Positions 25,470 through 35,504 of a stretch of DNA of 38,623 bases are shown piece after piece. The stretch's first letter is position 1, and every line of letters starts with the position of its first letter. Source of the DNA: a virus (lineage: Duplodnaviria > Caudoviricetes). The notes under the pieces were generated by a model. The model was not told where the DNA came from and did no database searches. It saw only the letters and a list, made by a program, of their open reading frames with translations. Both the position numbers and the translations under genes were made by a program. The stretch lies in the IMG/VR virus record IMGVR_UViG_3300011415_000012, positions 1-38,623 of that record, one strand, 5' to 3'.

Positions 25470-27281
25470 TTATAGCTTAATCATATACCTTAAAAAAGTA
25501 GTCGGTTGCATATTATTATGTACCGCGCTACCACCATTTGTTGTTGCACCTGTTATTTGGTCGTGATACCCAGTTAAAGCACCTGTGGCTGTCATAATAT
25601 TGCCGCCTCCGGTTGGGGCGCCATCTCTGGATTCTTGTGAAACTGTAACATTTAAATTAGGCAATTGACCGACGGTTAATCCTTCATTTTCTTCTCCAAG
25701 TGTCTGGCCTAATGTCCGCGCGGTATAATTTATAGTAACAGTATGCGTTCCTGTTCCCGTAGATGTCACATTAATGGAGTTCGTTAGATTAATCGCATCA
25801 GCCGCAGACGGCCAAAAACTAATCGTACTCGCGCCTAAATTCCTAACATAATAGGTCGTCGCTAAACTTAATCCAGTGGGTAGAGTGCCTGTCGTGGTTA
25901 GGACTACTGGCACAGCATTATAAAAAGATTCACTGTTACTTAGCGGCCCTGTCAAGGTCATCGTAGCTGGATTACCGGTAGCGGCTGTGAAAGTAGTCGC
26001 TAAAGTAGCCGTCCCCGCACTTGCGATAACACGCCCTAAAGTTTTCGTTAAAGCTAATCGTTTTAAAGCATTAAAATCGGCATTGGCGCTTGCGCCACGG
26101 GTGCTTAATACACCGGCGCTATCATAAATTGGAGCATAAGTATTGGCGACATTACCCCAGATCAGAGTATAGAGAGCCTTTAAAGAAAACCCTACATTAT
26201 CAGCACCAGACGTTGCATTACCAATGGTCTGGTCATTCATCATAATCCAACCACTATCAGCGGTTGTTTTAATGGTAGGCTTTACATCACCGGTAGTCGC
26301 AAGACCAAAATTCACACGGTTATTTAATTCCTTAAATTGAGTGTCTAAAACCTCATAAGGGAAATCACTATTATCCGGCCCTGTATGCAACCATGTGTCG
26401 CATATATCAACCGTCGCTGTTACATCATTAGGGAATGCGATTCTTAAAACTAGCGCATCATCACCATTTGTACCTAATACCTTTGTTGCCATTGTTGGCA
26501 ATGTAATGGTTCCATGATACCGCTCAAAGCTTGTGGTTAAAGTAAACTGACCGACTAAAGTAGAAACTGTCGTGCTTGGTGAGCCACCACTACCAAAATC
26601 CTGGTCTAAATAAACATTAACAACGGAAGCCGTAGGAGATTTAGCATACATCGAAAAACTAACTTCAATGCCAGCATACGTTTCAACACCAGTATAGCGT
26701 TGATATAGACGTGTATTGGTTTCACTTACTGGCGTGCTAGTGCATTCATAGCGGAAAAAGTATTTAGGATTGTTCGGAACAACCGTTTGATCTATCGCAA
26801 ATGTCTGTTGTGTAATATTGACTGTATAGCCTGAATTTTCTCTTTTATACAACCAGTCATCCGCAAAGAAATCAGTATTGCTTTGAGAGCCATTTCCCGT
26901 TACCGGTGAAAAGCTCGTACCGTAATACCAAAATGCAAACTGTTCATTTCGACAAACATTAACTTGTGATTCTTGAACAATACGAGTGGTATTCGTTCCA
27001 ACAATCGGGTAATTATCTTGGGTCGTGACTTCTTCATCATCTTCGGTAAAAAGCTTATAGGTATAGAGATCATCAACAGCCCAATAAATATTAGCTTCGC
27101 CCTTACCATCCAAAATAACGGGGTTGGTATTAGGTTGTAGACCTTGGTAATCCTGATAGGTCGCTTTAGGTGTCGTAGTCTGATTTAGATACGTGTAAAG
27201 TTTCCCATTCTGGACTGGCTGACCGGTTTCGTCCCGACCTTGCCACCTTCCATTAGGTGCTAAAATAAAGTTTATAGCCAT
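25470..27281 (-). CDS. Tailspike/tail fibre with podovirus attachment domain
   Basis: N-terminal D..GQPV.NGKLYTY...TTTPKATYQD...NTNPVILD..G.A; central jelly-roll-like domain; tail-collar-like TGDVK...GWIM.N..TIG; C-terminal HNNMQPT...YMIKL. Confidence 0.85.
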   Translation of the reverse strand: MAINFILAPNGRWQGRDETGQPVQNGKLYTYLNQTTTPKATYQDYQGLQPNTNPVILDGKGEANIYWAVDDLYTYKLFTEDDEEVTTQDNYPIVGTNTTRIVQESQVNVCRNEQFAFWYYGTSFSPVTGNGSQSNTDFFADDWLYKRENSGYTVNITQQTFAIDQTVVPNNPKYFFRYECTSTPVSETNTRLYQRYTGVETYAGIEVSFSMYAKSPTASVVNVYLDQDFGSGGSPSTTVSTLVGQFTLTTSFERYHGTITLPTMATKVLGTNGDDALVLRIAFPNDVTATVDICDTWLHTGPDNSDFPYEVLDTQFKELNNRVNFGLATTGDVKPTIKTTADSGWIMMNDQTIGNATSGADNVGFSLKALYTLIWGNVANTYAPIYDSAGVLSTRGASANADFNALKRLALTKTLGRVIASAGTATLATTFTAATGNPATMTLTGPLSNSESFYNAVPVVLTTTGTLPTGLSLATTYYVRNLGASTISFWPSAADAINLTNSINVTSTGTGTHTVTINYTARTLGQTLGEENEGLTVGQLPNLNVTVSQESRDGAPTGGGNIMTATGALTGYHDQITGATTNGGSAVHNNMQPTTFLRYMIKL

Positions 27282-27293
27282 CTAATATCCCTT

Positions 27294-29792
27294 TTATTTG
27301 GCATTTGCTGTAGCTGCATTTGCAATTTTAGCAAGAAGCTCACCGAATTTCTCAGCTTTTCTTTTGCGGTCGTCAATCTTAGCTAAATTAGAAAATTGAC
27401 TATCCCATGTATCATCCGTTAAAAGCTTAAGCAAAGCTTTATCATGTGCGCCACTAATTAAATTATCCGCTATTTGTGCAATCTTTTTACTGGTTGAGGC
27501 CAATATTCCCTTACTTTGACCTGTACGCGCTTCATTATAAGCGACATCCGGTTTTGGCTGATTAATCAATTTACTGAATACTTGACGCATGTCTTTCAGT
27601 TTTTTCTGAACTTTAGGCATTCCCTTGGATGCTTCAATAAATTGATTGAAGCTATTATCATCCTTAAGAACTTGATCATAAAAATGTGTTCCAACACCTT
27701 CACCTTTTGCACTCATGCGTCTTTCAATTTCATTACGCATTAAGGATTTCCAAACATCAGGATTTTGTTTTGAAATTTGATCACGTAAATCAGAAAACAT
27801 TTTTGGGTCTGTCTGATTCGAGTCAAATATTGTTTTAGATACATTTTTAAGCTGAGAATCATTCATGTTTGCAATACGAGCGATCATCGGCTTTCGTAAT
27901 TCTTTTAGCTTTTGTGATGACTCAGGGAATTGTTGACGCAAGTTTTCAAGTTGCTGTCTAACTTCCGGCATGTCACGAGCGGCATTGTAAAATTGCTCAA
28001 AGTCACGACGACTTCCTAAAATATTTTTATAGAAAATAGCACCTGGGTCGCCTGATTTTACTTTTGCAATTCGATCATCAATTGCATTACGCATAATTCG
28101 GCGCCATAACTCAGGATTTTCCTGAGAGATTTGGTCACGTATTTGGTTGAATGAATCAAGGTTCGTTTGCTTCCTATCGAAAATGGTTGATGCAACATTT
28201 TTCAGGTCTTTATCCTTCATGTTGGCAATCTTTCCAATCGGGCTATTCTTAAGAGCGTCAATCGGCTTTGACTCTTCTTTGTAAGCTGCACGCGCACCGC
28301 GAATGGCTTCACCGGCATTGTCAATTGCATCATCCAGCACAGACAATTGTTGTTTTAATTTACGAGCTTGTTTGTAATCAGGATTAGCCCCTTTTTCAGC
28401 GGAACGAATTTCATCCGCTAAATCTTGGCGCATTGAATCTAAAGTACCAATGCTATTAACAGCCGGCAATTTTTGACGATCATAAATATTTTCATCGTTG
28501 GTGATTGTCTGGTTCCAGCGACGATTAAGGTTAGGGTCTTGCATGATAGTACGCATGGTGCTATCTGGGATAATCCCTTGATTAGCTGCATCATATAACG
28601 GCTTAGTCGCCTCACGTCTTACCTGGACTTGCTTATCAATGATGCTCTTTGCGGCGCCCCTAATATCAGAGGAGGCGTCTGTCTCATCAGGATGGATGTT
28701 TGACATTAAATCGTCAATCTTGGCTTGATCTTCCTGATGTATTGAACTTTCACGTCCACTTTGAATGTTTTTCGCAATAGCTCGCACATCACCCGACACG
28801 TTTTCTTGTTTAGGCGTTATGTCATCTAATAAACCACCAATGGCATTTTGTTCTTTTCCTAACCTTTCTTGGCCGCTCTTATAGAGTTGAGCTTGCCCTT
28901 GTGGAGTCGATAAAATCTTACCTTCCATAGCCGCCATTTCAGGGCTACCCGTTACCTCAGTAGGACGTGGAATAACGCCAATATTACGACCCGCTTGCAT
29001 GGTTTGACCTAATTCGTCTTGATCGGCAAGATTAAGCTTTGAAAGCAGAGAATTAACACCACGACTTCCCGCGCCAGGATAAAGAGCTAACCCTAAACCG
29101 CCAACCGCGCCCATCTCAGCACCCGTTTTACCACCAACCATATAACCAGGGATTGCGCCAGCTACAGCACCAGCACCGGCTTTAACGATAGGGTTTTGGG
29201 TTCCAAGTAATGCACCTAACCCATGACCTACAGCACCCAATGCGCCGCCTTCGGCAGCACCGGTCAATTGATCATTTGGATTGTAAACAGCCCCAAAAAG
29301 AGCATTTCCTGCAACACTCTTAGCAAGCGGGGACGTAACAGCATTTGCGACAGCTTGACCGCCCTTCACTTTACCTAGATATTCCAGGGCTTTTTCAGCG
29401 CCTTCCGCAACCATTGGTATTTTTTTAATAGCATTTACGGCTTGAGTACCTTTTCCAAAGCCAAACAAACTACCGGCAAGACCGCCAGCTTTTTCCACGG
29501 CCGTATCACCACTTGACCAGCTCGTGATAGGTTGAATTTTATTTACGTTGACGCCAGGTAGAAGATTAGCCCCGCTTATTCCAAGATCAGCCAATCCTAT
29601 AACGCCATTAGCTAATGCTTGAGAAAAAGCATTGCGGAAGCGATCAGTTGGACCATTATTAATCATATCCATTAATTGCTTACGCTTGGCTTCCCTATCA
29701 TCGACTGGTTGAAATCCCAACGAATTAAGATCGCTACCACCGCTTGCGGGAGCTTGCGTCGTAAATCCTAAACTATCTAAAGTATCGGCCAT
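27294..29792 (-). CDS. Large DNA ejection (internal virion) protein, P22 gp16 position
   Basis: Gly/Ala-rich hydrophobic N-terminal region, long helical C-terminus; third of three genes before the tailspike. Confidence 0.65.
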   Translation of the reverse strand: MADTLDSLGFTTQAPASGGSDLNSLGFQPVDDREAKRKQLMDMINNGPTDRFRNAFSQALANGVIGLADLGISGANLLPGVNVNKIQPITSWSSGDTAVEKAGGLAGSLFGFGKGTQAVNAIKKIPMVAEGAEKALEYLGKVKGGQAVANAVTSPLAKSVAGNALFGAVYNPNDQLTGAAEGGALGAVGHGLGALLGTQNPIVKAGAGAVAGAIPGYMVGGKTGAEMGAVGGLGLALYPGAGSRGVNSLLSKLNLADQDELGQTMQAGRNIGVIPRPTEVTGSPEMAAMEGKILSTPQGQAQLYKSGQERLGKEQNAIGGLLDDITPKQENVSGDVRAIAKNIQSGRESSIHQEDQAKIDDLMSNIHPDETDASSDIRGAAKSIIDKQVQVRREATKPLYDAANQGIIPDSTMRTIMQDPNLNRRWNQTITNDENIYDRQKLPAVNSIGTLDSMRQDLADEIRSAEKGANPDYKQARKLKQQLSVLDDAIDNAGEAIRGARAAYKEESKPIDALKNSPIGKIANMKDKDLKNVASTIFDRKQTNLDSFNQIRDQISQENPELWRRIMRNAIDDRIAKVKSGDPGAIFYKNILGSRRDFEQFYNAARDMPEVRQQLENLRQQFPESSQKLKELRKPMIARIANMNDSQLKNVSKTIFDSNQTDPKMFSDLRDQISKQNPDVWKSLMRNEIERRMSAKGEGVGTHFYDQVLKDDNSFNQFIEASKGMPKVQKKLKDMRQVFSKLINQPKPDVAYNEARTGQSKGILASTSKKIAQIADNLISGAHDKALLKLLTDDTWDSQFSNLAKIDDRKRKAEKFGELLAKIANAATANAK

Positions 29793-31405
29793 TATGACAC
29801 CTTCTTAACGCCTGGAATTTTTAAGGCTTTATCTAAATTAGCCGCCGGTATCCATCCTGTACGCTTGCCATCAGTCACTTGTACCATGCCAGCATTTGCA
29901 CCACCTGTAGGTGCAGTAGATCTGTTGGCACCGACATAATCTTGACCTTTCATCGGTTTCACATTATTTAGTTTCTCTAATACCCCAGGGAATTGAGGTT
30001 GGGCAGCATTTAAAATAGCCTGAGATTCACGACCAAACATATCAAAATTCATATTGAGATATTTAATAGCCGCTTTAGGGTCTAAATCCCATTTAAACGC
30101 AGATTGCGTCATATCATTCAACGCTTTTCGCTGTTGATCGCTTGAGGCGAGCTTTTCCATGACCTTGACGTTGTTGCCCAGGTTCGGAATGAAATCATGA
30201 ACGACCCAATCGTAATCGACATAAGAGTCTGGTGTTTCCTTTTTCAAACGATCAACCGCCGCTTGGCCTTGTCCTAATGCGCCTGCATATTTGGCCGCAT
30301 TTTCAATGCGTGGCGCAAATGTTTCTTGGTTGTCTTGAATCCATTTTTCCAATGCAACCGCACCCATTGCACGATTCGTCATTGGAGCGCCAGCGATTTT
30401 CTGGTTCGCAATCGCTTGGAATCCTAATTGAGTTCTTTGCTTAGGCGTTAAGGCTTCATTTGTGGCATTTTCACCAATCATTTGTGCTTGCTGCGGGTTT
30501 ATCCCAGTATTAGCCGCAAGTGTTGCCTGGTCGGGCGTGATAGGCGCAGCCGGAGTCGCCACCGGACTTGGCGTCATGGGTGCGCCTAAGCCACCGCCAG
30601 GAGTACCCTGTTGCATTGCTGGCGGTAACATATTATCCGGCGGCAATGGAGAATCTGGACCACGTGGCGCCATATTAGGCGGTAACGCGGCTGGTTGACC
30701 TTGTGGCATTCCTGGTGGCATTCCTTGAGGAGGAGCTACCGGAGCGCCTAAACCACCACCTTGCGGCATAGGAATAGGTGCGCCACCTTGACCCATATTT
30801 CCCATTACGGGAGAGGGCATAGGTGCATTAGGGGTGCCAGCTAATCCGCCACCTTGTTGGGGAGGCATAACGCCATTACCCAGATTGAATTGCTTCAAAA
30901 ACTGGGGGGTTAAAACTTGAGGACCACCCATTGCACCAGTCCCTTCTTTAAGGGTCTGGACGACTTGCATATAATTTTGATAATTTTCAGGGTCAGCCAA
31001 ATAAACCGCTTTCTGTGCGGCTGGCATATCCGAAATAGATTTTAAATACTGGTAAGCACCACCATAACGACTATTTTGTCGAACAGCATTCTCAGCCTCA
31101 ATGCCGTATTTTAATGGGGTGAAACGTGTATTAGTTTCAGTCGAATTAATATCAGCTTCTAATTTACGAGGCTCATATTTATTAATAATGTTTTGATAAT
31201 CAATAGCCGCTTGATGCTCAGGACCATAGTAACTATTAACTAATCCCGAATATTGATTAGCAAGTCGATTCTTTTCATCTAAATATTTATTATTCGTCTG
31301 TTGCGTATAAAGTTGTTGCTGCAACATCGGGTCTAAATATCTATTCTGAATTTGCTGACTTCGAGCCTGTTGGCCTGAATTATAAAAGTCCATTATTGTA
31401 GGCAT
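29792..31405 (-). CDS. DNA ejection protein, P22 gp20 position
   Basis: Q/N-rich N-terminus, Pro/Gly/Gln low-complexity centre; synteny. Confidence 0.6.
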   Translation of the reverse strand: MPTIMDFYNSGQQARSQQIQNRYLDPMLQQQLYTQQTNNKYLDEKNRLANQYSGLVNSYYGPEHQAAIDYQNIINKYEPRKLEADINSTETNTRFTPLKYGIEAENAVRQNSRYGGAYQYLKSISDMPAAQKAVYLADPENYQNYMQVVQTLKEGTGAMGGPQVLTPQFLKQFNLGNGVMPPQQGGGLAGTPNAPMPSPVMGNMGQGGAPIPMPQGGGLGAPVAPPQGMPPGMPQGQPAALPPNMAPRGPDSPLPPDNMLPPAMQQGTPGGGLGAPMTPSPVATPAAPITPDQATLAANTGINPQQAQMIGENATNEALTPKQRTQLGFQAIANQKIAGAPMTNRAMGAVALEKWIQDNQETFAPRIENAAKYAGALGQGQAAVDRLKKETPDSYVDYDWVVHDFIPNLGNNVKVMEKLASSDQQRKALNDMTQSAFKWDLDPKAAIKYLNMNFDMFGRESQAILNAAQPQFPGVLEKLNNVKPMKGQDYVGANRSTAPTGGANAGMVQVTDGKRTGWIPAANLDKALKIPGVKKVS

Positions 31406-31406
31406 A

Positions 31407-32171
31407 TTATCCTCCGGCGAACATCATTGCTAATTTAGCATAGTCCATGCCGCCATTACTTCCGCCACCTTGACCGCCTTGTCCACCACCTTGACCGCCC
31501 TGGCCGGAATTAAATAAACCACCACCGCCACCTTGACCGCCTCCGCCACCGCTAAATCCAAATAAGCTCGCAATATCACCGATAGTTTGACGACCAATCT
31601 GTGCTTGCTGTTGACCATGACTCATGTCGTTTTGACCCATTTGTCCCGCAGCGCCATAGCCTAAGTTAGTAAGGTATTGCTGCATTTGGTTGTATTGGCT
31701 TTGTTGATTGCGTAGGTCGCCTAAATAGCCCATTTGAGCAGCATTAGCGCCCATTACGTTGCCATAGAAGCGTTGTTGATCACGAGCGGATATATCGCCA
31801 GCATTTTGCTGTAAGGCTTTTTGAAACGCACCACTGCCGGTCATACCAGAGGCAGACCCTCCCGCAGTGGCGGCACGCATAGATTGTTCCTGTTCGTATT
31901 TAGCTTGAGGCGATTGATTATAGCCACCCATAATTTGATTGTAATAATCAACCGGTGACTGGTTTATTTGGTTGTACTGCCAATCCCCCGCATGTTGAAA
32001 TGGCGATAGATTCTGGCCTTGTTGACCCACATAATTGCGATAATTTTGATAATCTTCCGCCCCACCTTTTTGATAGGGGTACATACGCTCTTGCGCGTCT
32101 TTGTAGGCTTGGTCAATATCACTACTGCCACCACCCGAAAATATATCTTTGGCTGTATCCCAAATTCCCAT
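31407..32171 (-). CDS. DNA ejection/transfer protein, P22 gp7-like
   Basis: PYQ.GG, YNQSP..KY..EQ..RA...SASGM.GSGA..KALQ motif; Gly/Gln-rich. Confidence 0.75.
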   Translation of the reverse strand: MGIWDTAKDIFSGGGSSDIDQAYKDAQERMYPYQKGGAEDYQNYRNYVGQQGQNLSPFQHAGDWQYNQINQSPVDYYNQIMGGYNQSPQAKYEQEQSMRAATAGGSASGMTGSGAFQKALQQNAGDISARDQQRFYGNVMGANAAQMGYLGDLRNQQSQYNQMQQYLTNLGYGAAGQMGQNDMSHGQQQAQIGRQTIGDIASLFGFSGGGGGQGGGGGLFNSGQGGQGGGQGGQGGGSNGGMDYAKLAMMFAGG

Positions 32172-32179
32172 AGCTCACC

Positions 32180-32905
32180 TCATCCCTGTAGTAGCGTACT
32201 TACTTTTCCGAACTCGCATTTAATTTGGTAAATATCTAAATCGGCTGTGCCATCTACCAAATCCAAAAAACTTAATCGAAATTCCGTGTAATTACCCGCA
32301 CCAATCGTTTTACCCGCTAACCCTTCCGTAGTGACCTGGCTAGTTACTCTATTCAAACCAGGTTGTAGGTAAACCGTATTGTCGGCTTGCAAATTATCTG
32401 AGGTATCGTAATAAGAATACACCTCCATACGGATTTTTTTAACTGAATTTTGGTTATTCCTAATCCAAAGTCCATACGTTAGAAAGTTCTTTTGATAAGT
32501 ACGAACCGTATTGTTTTGTCGTTGATAAAAATAAAGGCCACTGGTGGTGTATCCACTAATCACGACTTTTTCGTAATAGCCGGAAGATGTCGGAACCGTA
32601 GAGGGAGAAGAACTGGTAATAGCTCCCAATGGATACGCAGTAGACGTCAGTGTATAGGTCGCAACACCGGCACCCACGACTTTCCAAGTGCTTGACCATT
32701 CCGCATTATCGCCAGCGCCTTGCGTGACAGGCGCCGTACCCGATGGACCCAAAGTATTAAAGTTAGCATTCGTTACAACGCTAGGATTCATCACATAAGT
32801 GAGGCCATTTAAAGTATCGTGTACCCCATTATCAAATTGGTATTGATCTTCAACGGTTGGTTTATGTGGATTAGGCGGGTCAAATAAATCGGCTAGAAAG
32901 CTCAT
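32180..32905 (-). CDS. Tail protein at the tail-needle (gp26) position, jelly-roll-like
   Basis: Coupled to the gp10-like gene; resembles the central domain of the 603-aa fibre. Confidence 0.55.
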   Translation of the reverse strand: MSFLADLFDPPNPHKPTVEDQYQFDNGVHDTLNGLTYVMNPSVVTNANFNTLGPSGTAPVTQGAGDNAEWSSTWKVVGAGVATYTLTSTAYPLGAITSSSPSTVPTSSGYYEKVVISGYTTSGLYFYQRQNNTVRTYQKNFLTYGLWIRNNQNSVKKIRMEVYSYYDTSDNLQADNTVYLQPGLNRVTSQVTTEGLAGKTIGAGNYTEFRLSFLDLVDGTADLDIYQIKCEFGKVSTLLQG

Positions 32906-34479
32906 TTTGATAGAACCTCATAGTTGATTGAACCTCCCAGAATAGCCACTGGAATAACAGGGTCATAGAATGAAATCTCAACTACAAAATCCCTTGCCAA
33001 ACCTAAGCGTCTAAAAATCGCTCGCGCACGTCGATTGCCAATACGACCAATAGAAGCACCGTGATAATTACCATACGTATTTCCTCCATCTCGTGAAATA
33101 CGTATATAAACTTGGGGATTTAAACCAAGATCGTTATGCGTATTCCATACTAAAAAGTCACCAGTATTAGTGACGATATTATTTCCTAAATTATCAATCC
33201 AAAATTCAACAGGGTCGAAACCAGCATCTAAGCCAAGACCCATTTGCATATCTATTTGTAGGGAACGTACCTGTAGCATTCGGTAGTTCTCATCAAAGAA
33301 GTGAGGGCAAACCCTAACGCGCCTAATCTCAACGCCATCATTCGTGGCATATTTGCGCGAAAAATCATAAAGAATGGGGTTTTTATAACTGCCAATGTAA
33401 TGACGATCATTGAAATACGCATGGCAATTACTGAGGTGGCGCACTTTTCCTGAATTGGGAATCGCTTGATTTTCAAGCGTTTTGTGCATTTGCATTTGGT
33501 GCCAGTTTTTCATCGTGACGTCGTATACCATCGTAGTATCGTCGGTGTTCCACGTCATCACTAAAAAAATATGTCCTATATCTTTATAGATATAAGAGAC
33601 TACATCGGAGGGGTCTACAAATCCGGCAATAAGATTATCCACCGATTCATTACTGATTTTCTCTGGCGCTTGCCCTGTTGTCATCATGACGGAGCCGACA
33701 CCGTTTCGATCTTTGGCTAACCAGAAAAGAAACCCGAAATCAGAAACAATACTAGAAGCAGCCAGACAGCCAAAGTTAAAAATAAGGTTATTATCTCGCC
33801 TAAAAGGGAAATCCGAAGCACCTTGGTTATACCAGACCTCAGTTGTGTCAGTCTTAAAGAAATAGAGGCGACGACTAACCACGCCAACACCAACCAATTC
33901 GCCAGGATATGCTTGAATTTGCGCTTCATCGAGTGGGTCCCACCTTGTTCCATCGTTGATTGCTGAAATCTGATACGTTCTTTTGTTATCACTTCCACTG
34001 GGTACGACAAAATAACCATCCAAAAAAGCGACGTTTAATGGAATACCTGGAAATCCAGACGAGGCAGTTACACTAGGGTCAATCAATGTAAATGCACCCG
34101 TGGTTGTGTTGTAGATATAACCCGCTTGACCATCCACGAAAATAACTTGTCCATCTGTATTATTATTCGCGGTGATTGAAACAAATCCCTGGCTCGTCCC
34201 AATTGTCCCTATCTTGGATTTAACCAAGGGGGGCGTAAAACGATAAACGTCCGAGCCGAATACGCCATACATCGAACCTCCATAGGTGTATAACGCCCGT
34301 GAAGGTGCGGTCCCTGCATTAACGATGAGTTCTTGATGCAACCCTGGTGTACCTAAAAACGCGAACTTCTTTTTACCCGTGGAGGCGCCTATGACAAACA
34401 AATTGATTAGATTCTCCGAATCAAATGCAATTTCGCTCCTATCGTCATAACCGCCAAACATGGGAAAATTAGTCCACAT
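32902..34479 (-). CDS. Tail hub / packaged-DNA stabilization protein, P22 gp10-like
   Basis: GTPGL, VAFLDGYFV, TEVW...G..FPF.R, GCLA..S, ISRDGG.TYG, FRRLG.ARD.V.E motifs; start 34479 overlaps the upstream stop. Confidence 0.9.
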   Translation of the reverse strand: MWTNFPMFGGYDDRSEIAFDSENLINLFVIGASTGKKKFAFLGTPGLHQELIVNAGTAPSRALYTYGGSMYGVFGSDVYRFTPPLVKSKIGTIGTSQGFVSITANNNTDGQVIFVDGQAGYIYNTTTGAFTLIDPSVTASSGFPGIPLNVAFLDGYFVVPSGSDNKRTYQISAINDGTRWDPLDEAQIQAYPGELVGVGVVSRRLYFFKTDTTEVWYNQGASDFPFRRDNNLIFNFGCLAASSIVSDFGFLFWLAKDRNGVGSVMMTTGQAPEKISNESVDNLIAGFVDPSDVVSYIYKDIGHIFLVMTWNTDDTTMVYDVTMKNWHQMQMHKTLENQAIPNSGKVRHLSNCHAYFNDRHYIGSYKNPILYDFSRKYATNDGVEIRRVRVCPHFFDENYRMLQVRSLQIDMQMGLGLDAGFDPVEFWIDNLGNNIVTNTGDFLVWNTHNDLGLNPQVYIRISRDGGNTYGNYHGASIGRIGNRRARAIFRRLGLARDFVVEISFYDPVIPVAILGGSINYEVLSK

Positions 34480-35167
34480 AAGTACCCCAAGGCTTGTACT
34501 TCCGTGTAGTTTGAAATTGATTATTAACAATCACGCGCTTGTCACGCTTATTAGCCGCTTTGACTTGTTTAATAATCATGTCGTAATCATCAAGAAATGA
34601 CTGAGGTAAGACAGTCGCATTAATGCTTGCTAACCGGTGAGCAAGCTCATAAGTCAACGCATTAATCCAATAGTCTGGTACCTGAGTTAAATCTTGTGAG
34701 TACGTGACATTTGCTAACCGCTTCCAGACCCATAACGTCACTGTGTAGGTATTATCTGGAATAGGGTAAAAAATTAGTTGGCTTAAGGTCGGCCAATTAG
34801 CAAAATCGTTTTTAATGAAAACCTGATTGGGTCTGCTATTCTGATTGGTGAGCGCAAAATTAAGCGTGTTGTAACGCGCTAAATCTATGACTTCCACAGG
34901 ATATTGCACATTATTTTGATCGACTAAATGACCACGAGTGGCTGAGGTAATAGCCGGTGTAATGTCATAACTAAAGTCACCGGATGTTACTACCTGAGTC
35001 AATTGGGTATAAGTTGGAATATAAATCTTCAAAGAACCCCAATTCGCTAGAATTAGGTTCAATATTCTTAATCCTTCTCCGGCTTCAAAGCCTTCGATTT
35101 CTTCACGAGGGTCTAAAACCTGAGCAAGATAATACGCATTTTTAATTACAACCGCTGACGTAGTCAT
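34469..35167 (-). CDS. Head-to-tail adaptor, P22 gp4-like
   Basis: EGLRILNLILANW, FYPIPD, AL.YELA.RLA; synteny. Confidence 0.78.
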   Translation of the reverse strand: MTTSAVVIKNAYYLAQVLDPREEIEGFEAGEGLRILNLILANWGSLKIYIPTYTQLTQVVTSGDFSYDITPAITSATRGHLVDQNNVQYPVEVIDLARYNTLNFALTNQNSRPNQVFIKNDFANWPTLSQLIFYPIPDNTYTVTLWVWKRLANVTYSQDLTQVPDYWINALTYELAHRLASINATVLPQSFLDDYDMIIKQVKAANKRDKRVIVNNQFQTTRKYKPWGTYVD

Positions 35168-35182
35168 CCCTCAGCCCTCCAA

Positions 35183-35440
35183 TTAGGCAGCATCTAACGG
35201 CGGCTCATCGTCCTCAGCCACGTTTAAAACTTTCTCAGGCTCAGCCTTCGATTTAGGTGGGCGACCTGGTTTCTTGATAGCGGGCGCTTCGACTGGCATT
35301 TCTGCAAGCCCAACTTTCGCTTCTTCAACTTTTGGGAATTTCAATGGACTGTCATACCAACCGTCATCAAGATATTTTTGATATTCAGTGCTTGGTACAA
35401 CGACAGCTTCATGGTGTGGATGAAAAACAAAGTGCATCAC
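35183..35440 (-). CDS. Small protein downstream of coat gene with AT-hook-like KKPGRPPK
   Basis: YL.DGW.DSP motif; AGGAG RBS. Confidence 0.7.
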   Translation of the reverse strand: MMHFVFHPHHEAVVVPSTEYQKYLDDGWYDSPLKFPKVEEAKVGLAEMPVEAPAIKKPGRPPKSKAEPEKVLNVAEDDEPPLDAA

Positions 35441-35455
35441 GTATGTCTCCTAAGT

Positions 35456-35494
35456 TAAGAAAATAGGTACAAAACCTAATCGTTTTGTACCTAT
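35456..35494 (-). terminator. Terminator after coat gene
   Basis: Perfect 13-bp stem ATAGGTACAAAAC/GTTTTGTACCTAT followed by a T-rich tract. Confidence 0.75.
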
Positions 35495-35504
35495 CCCATA
35501 TCTA

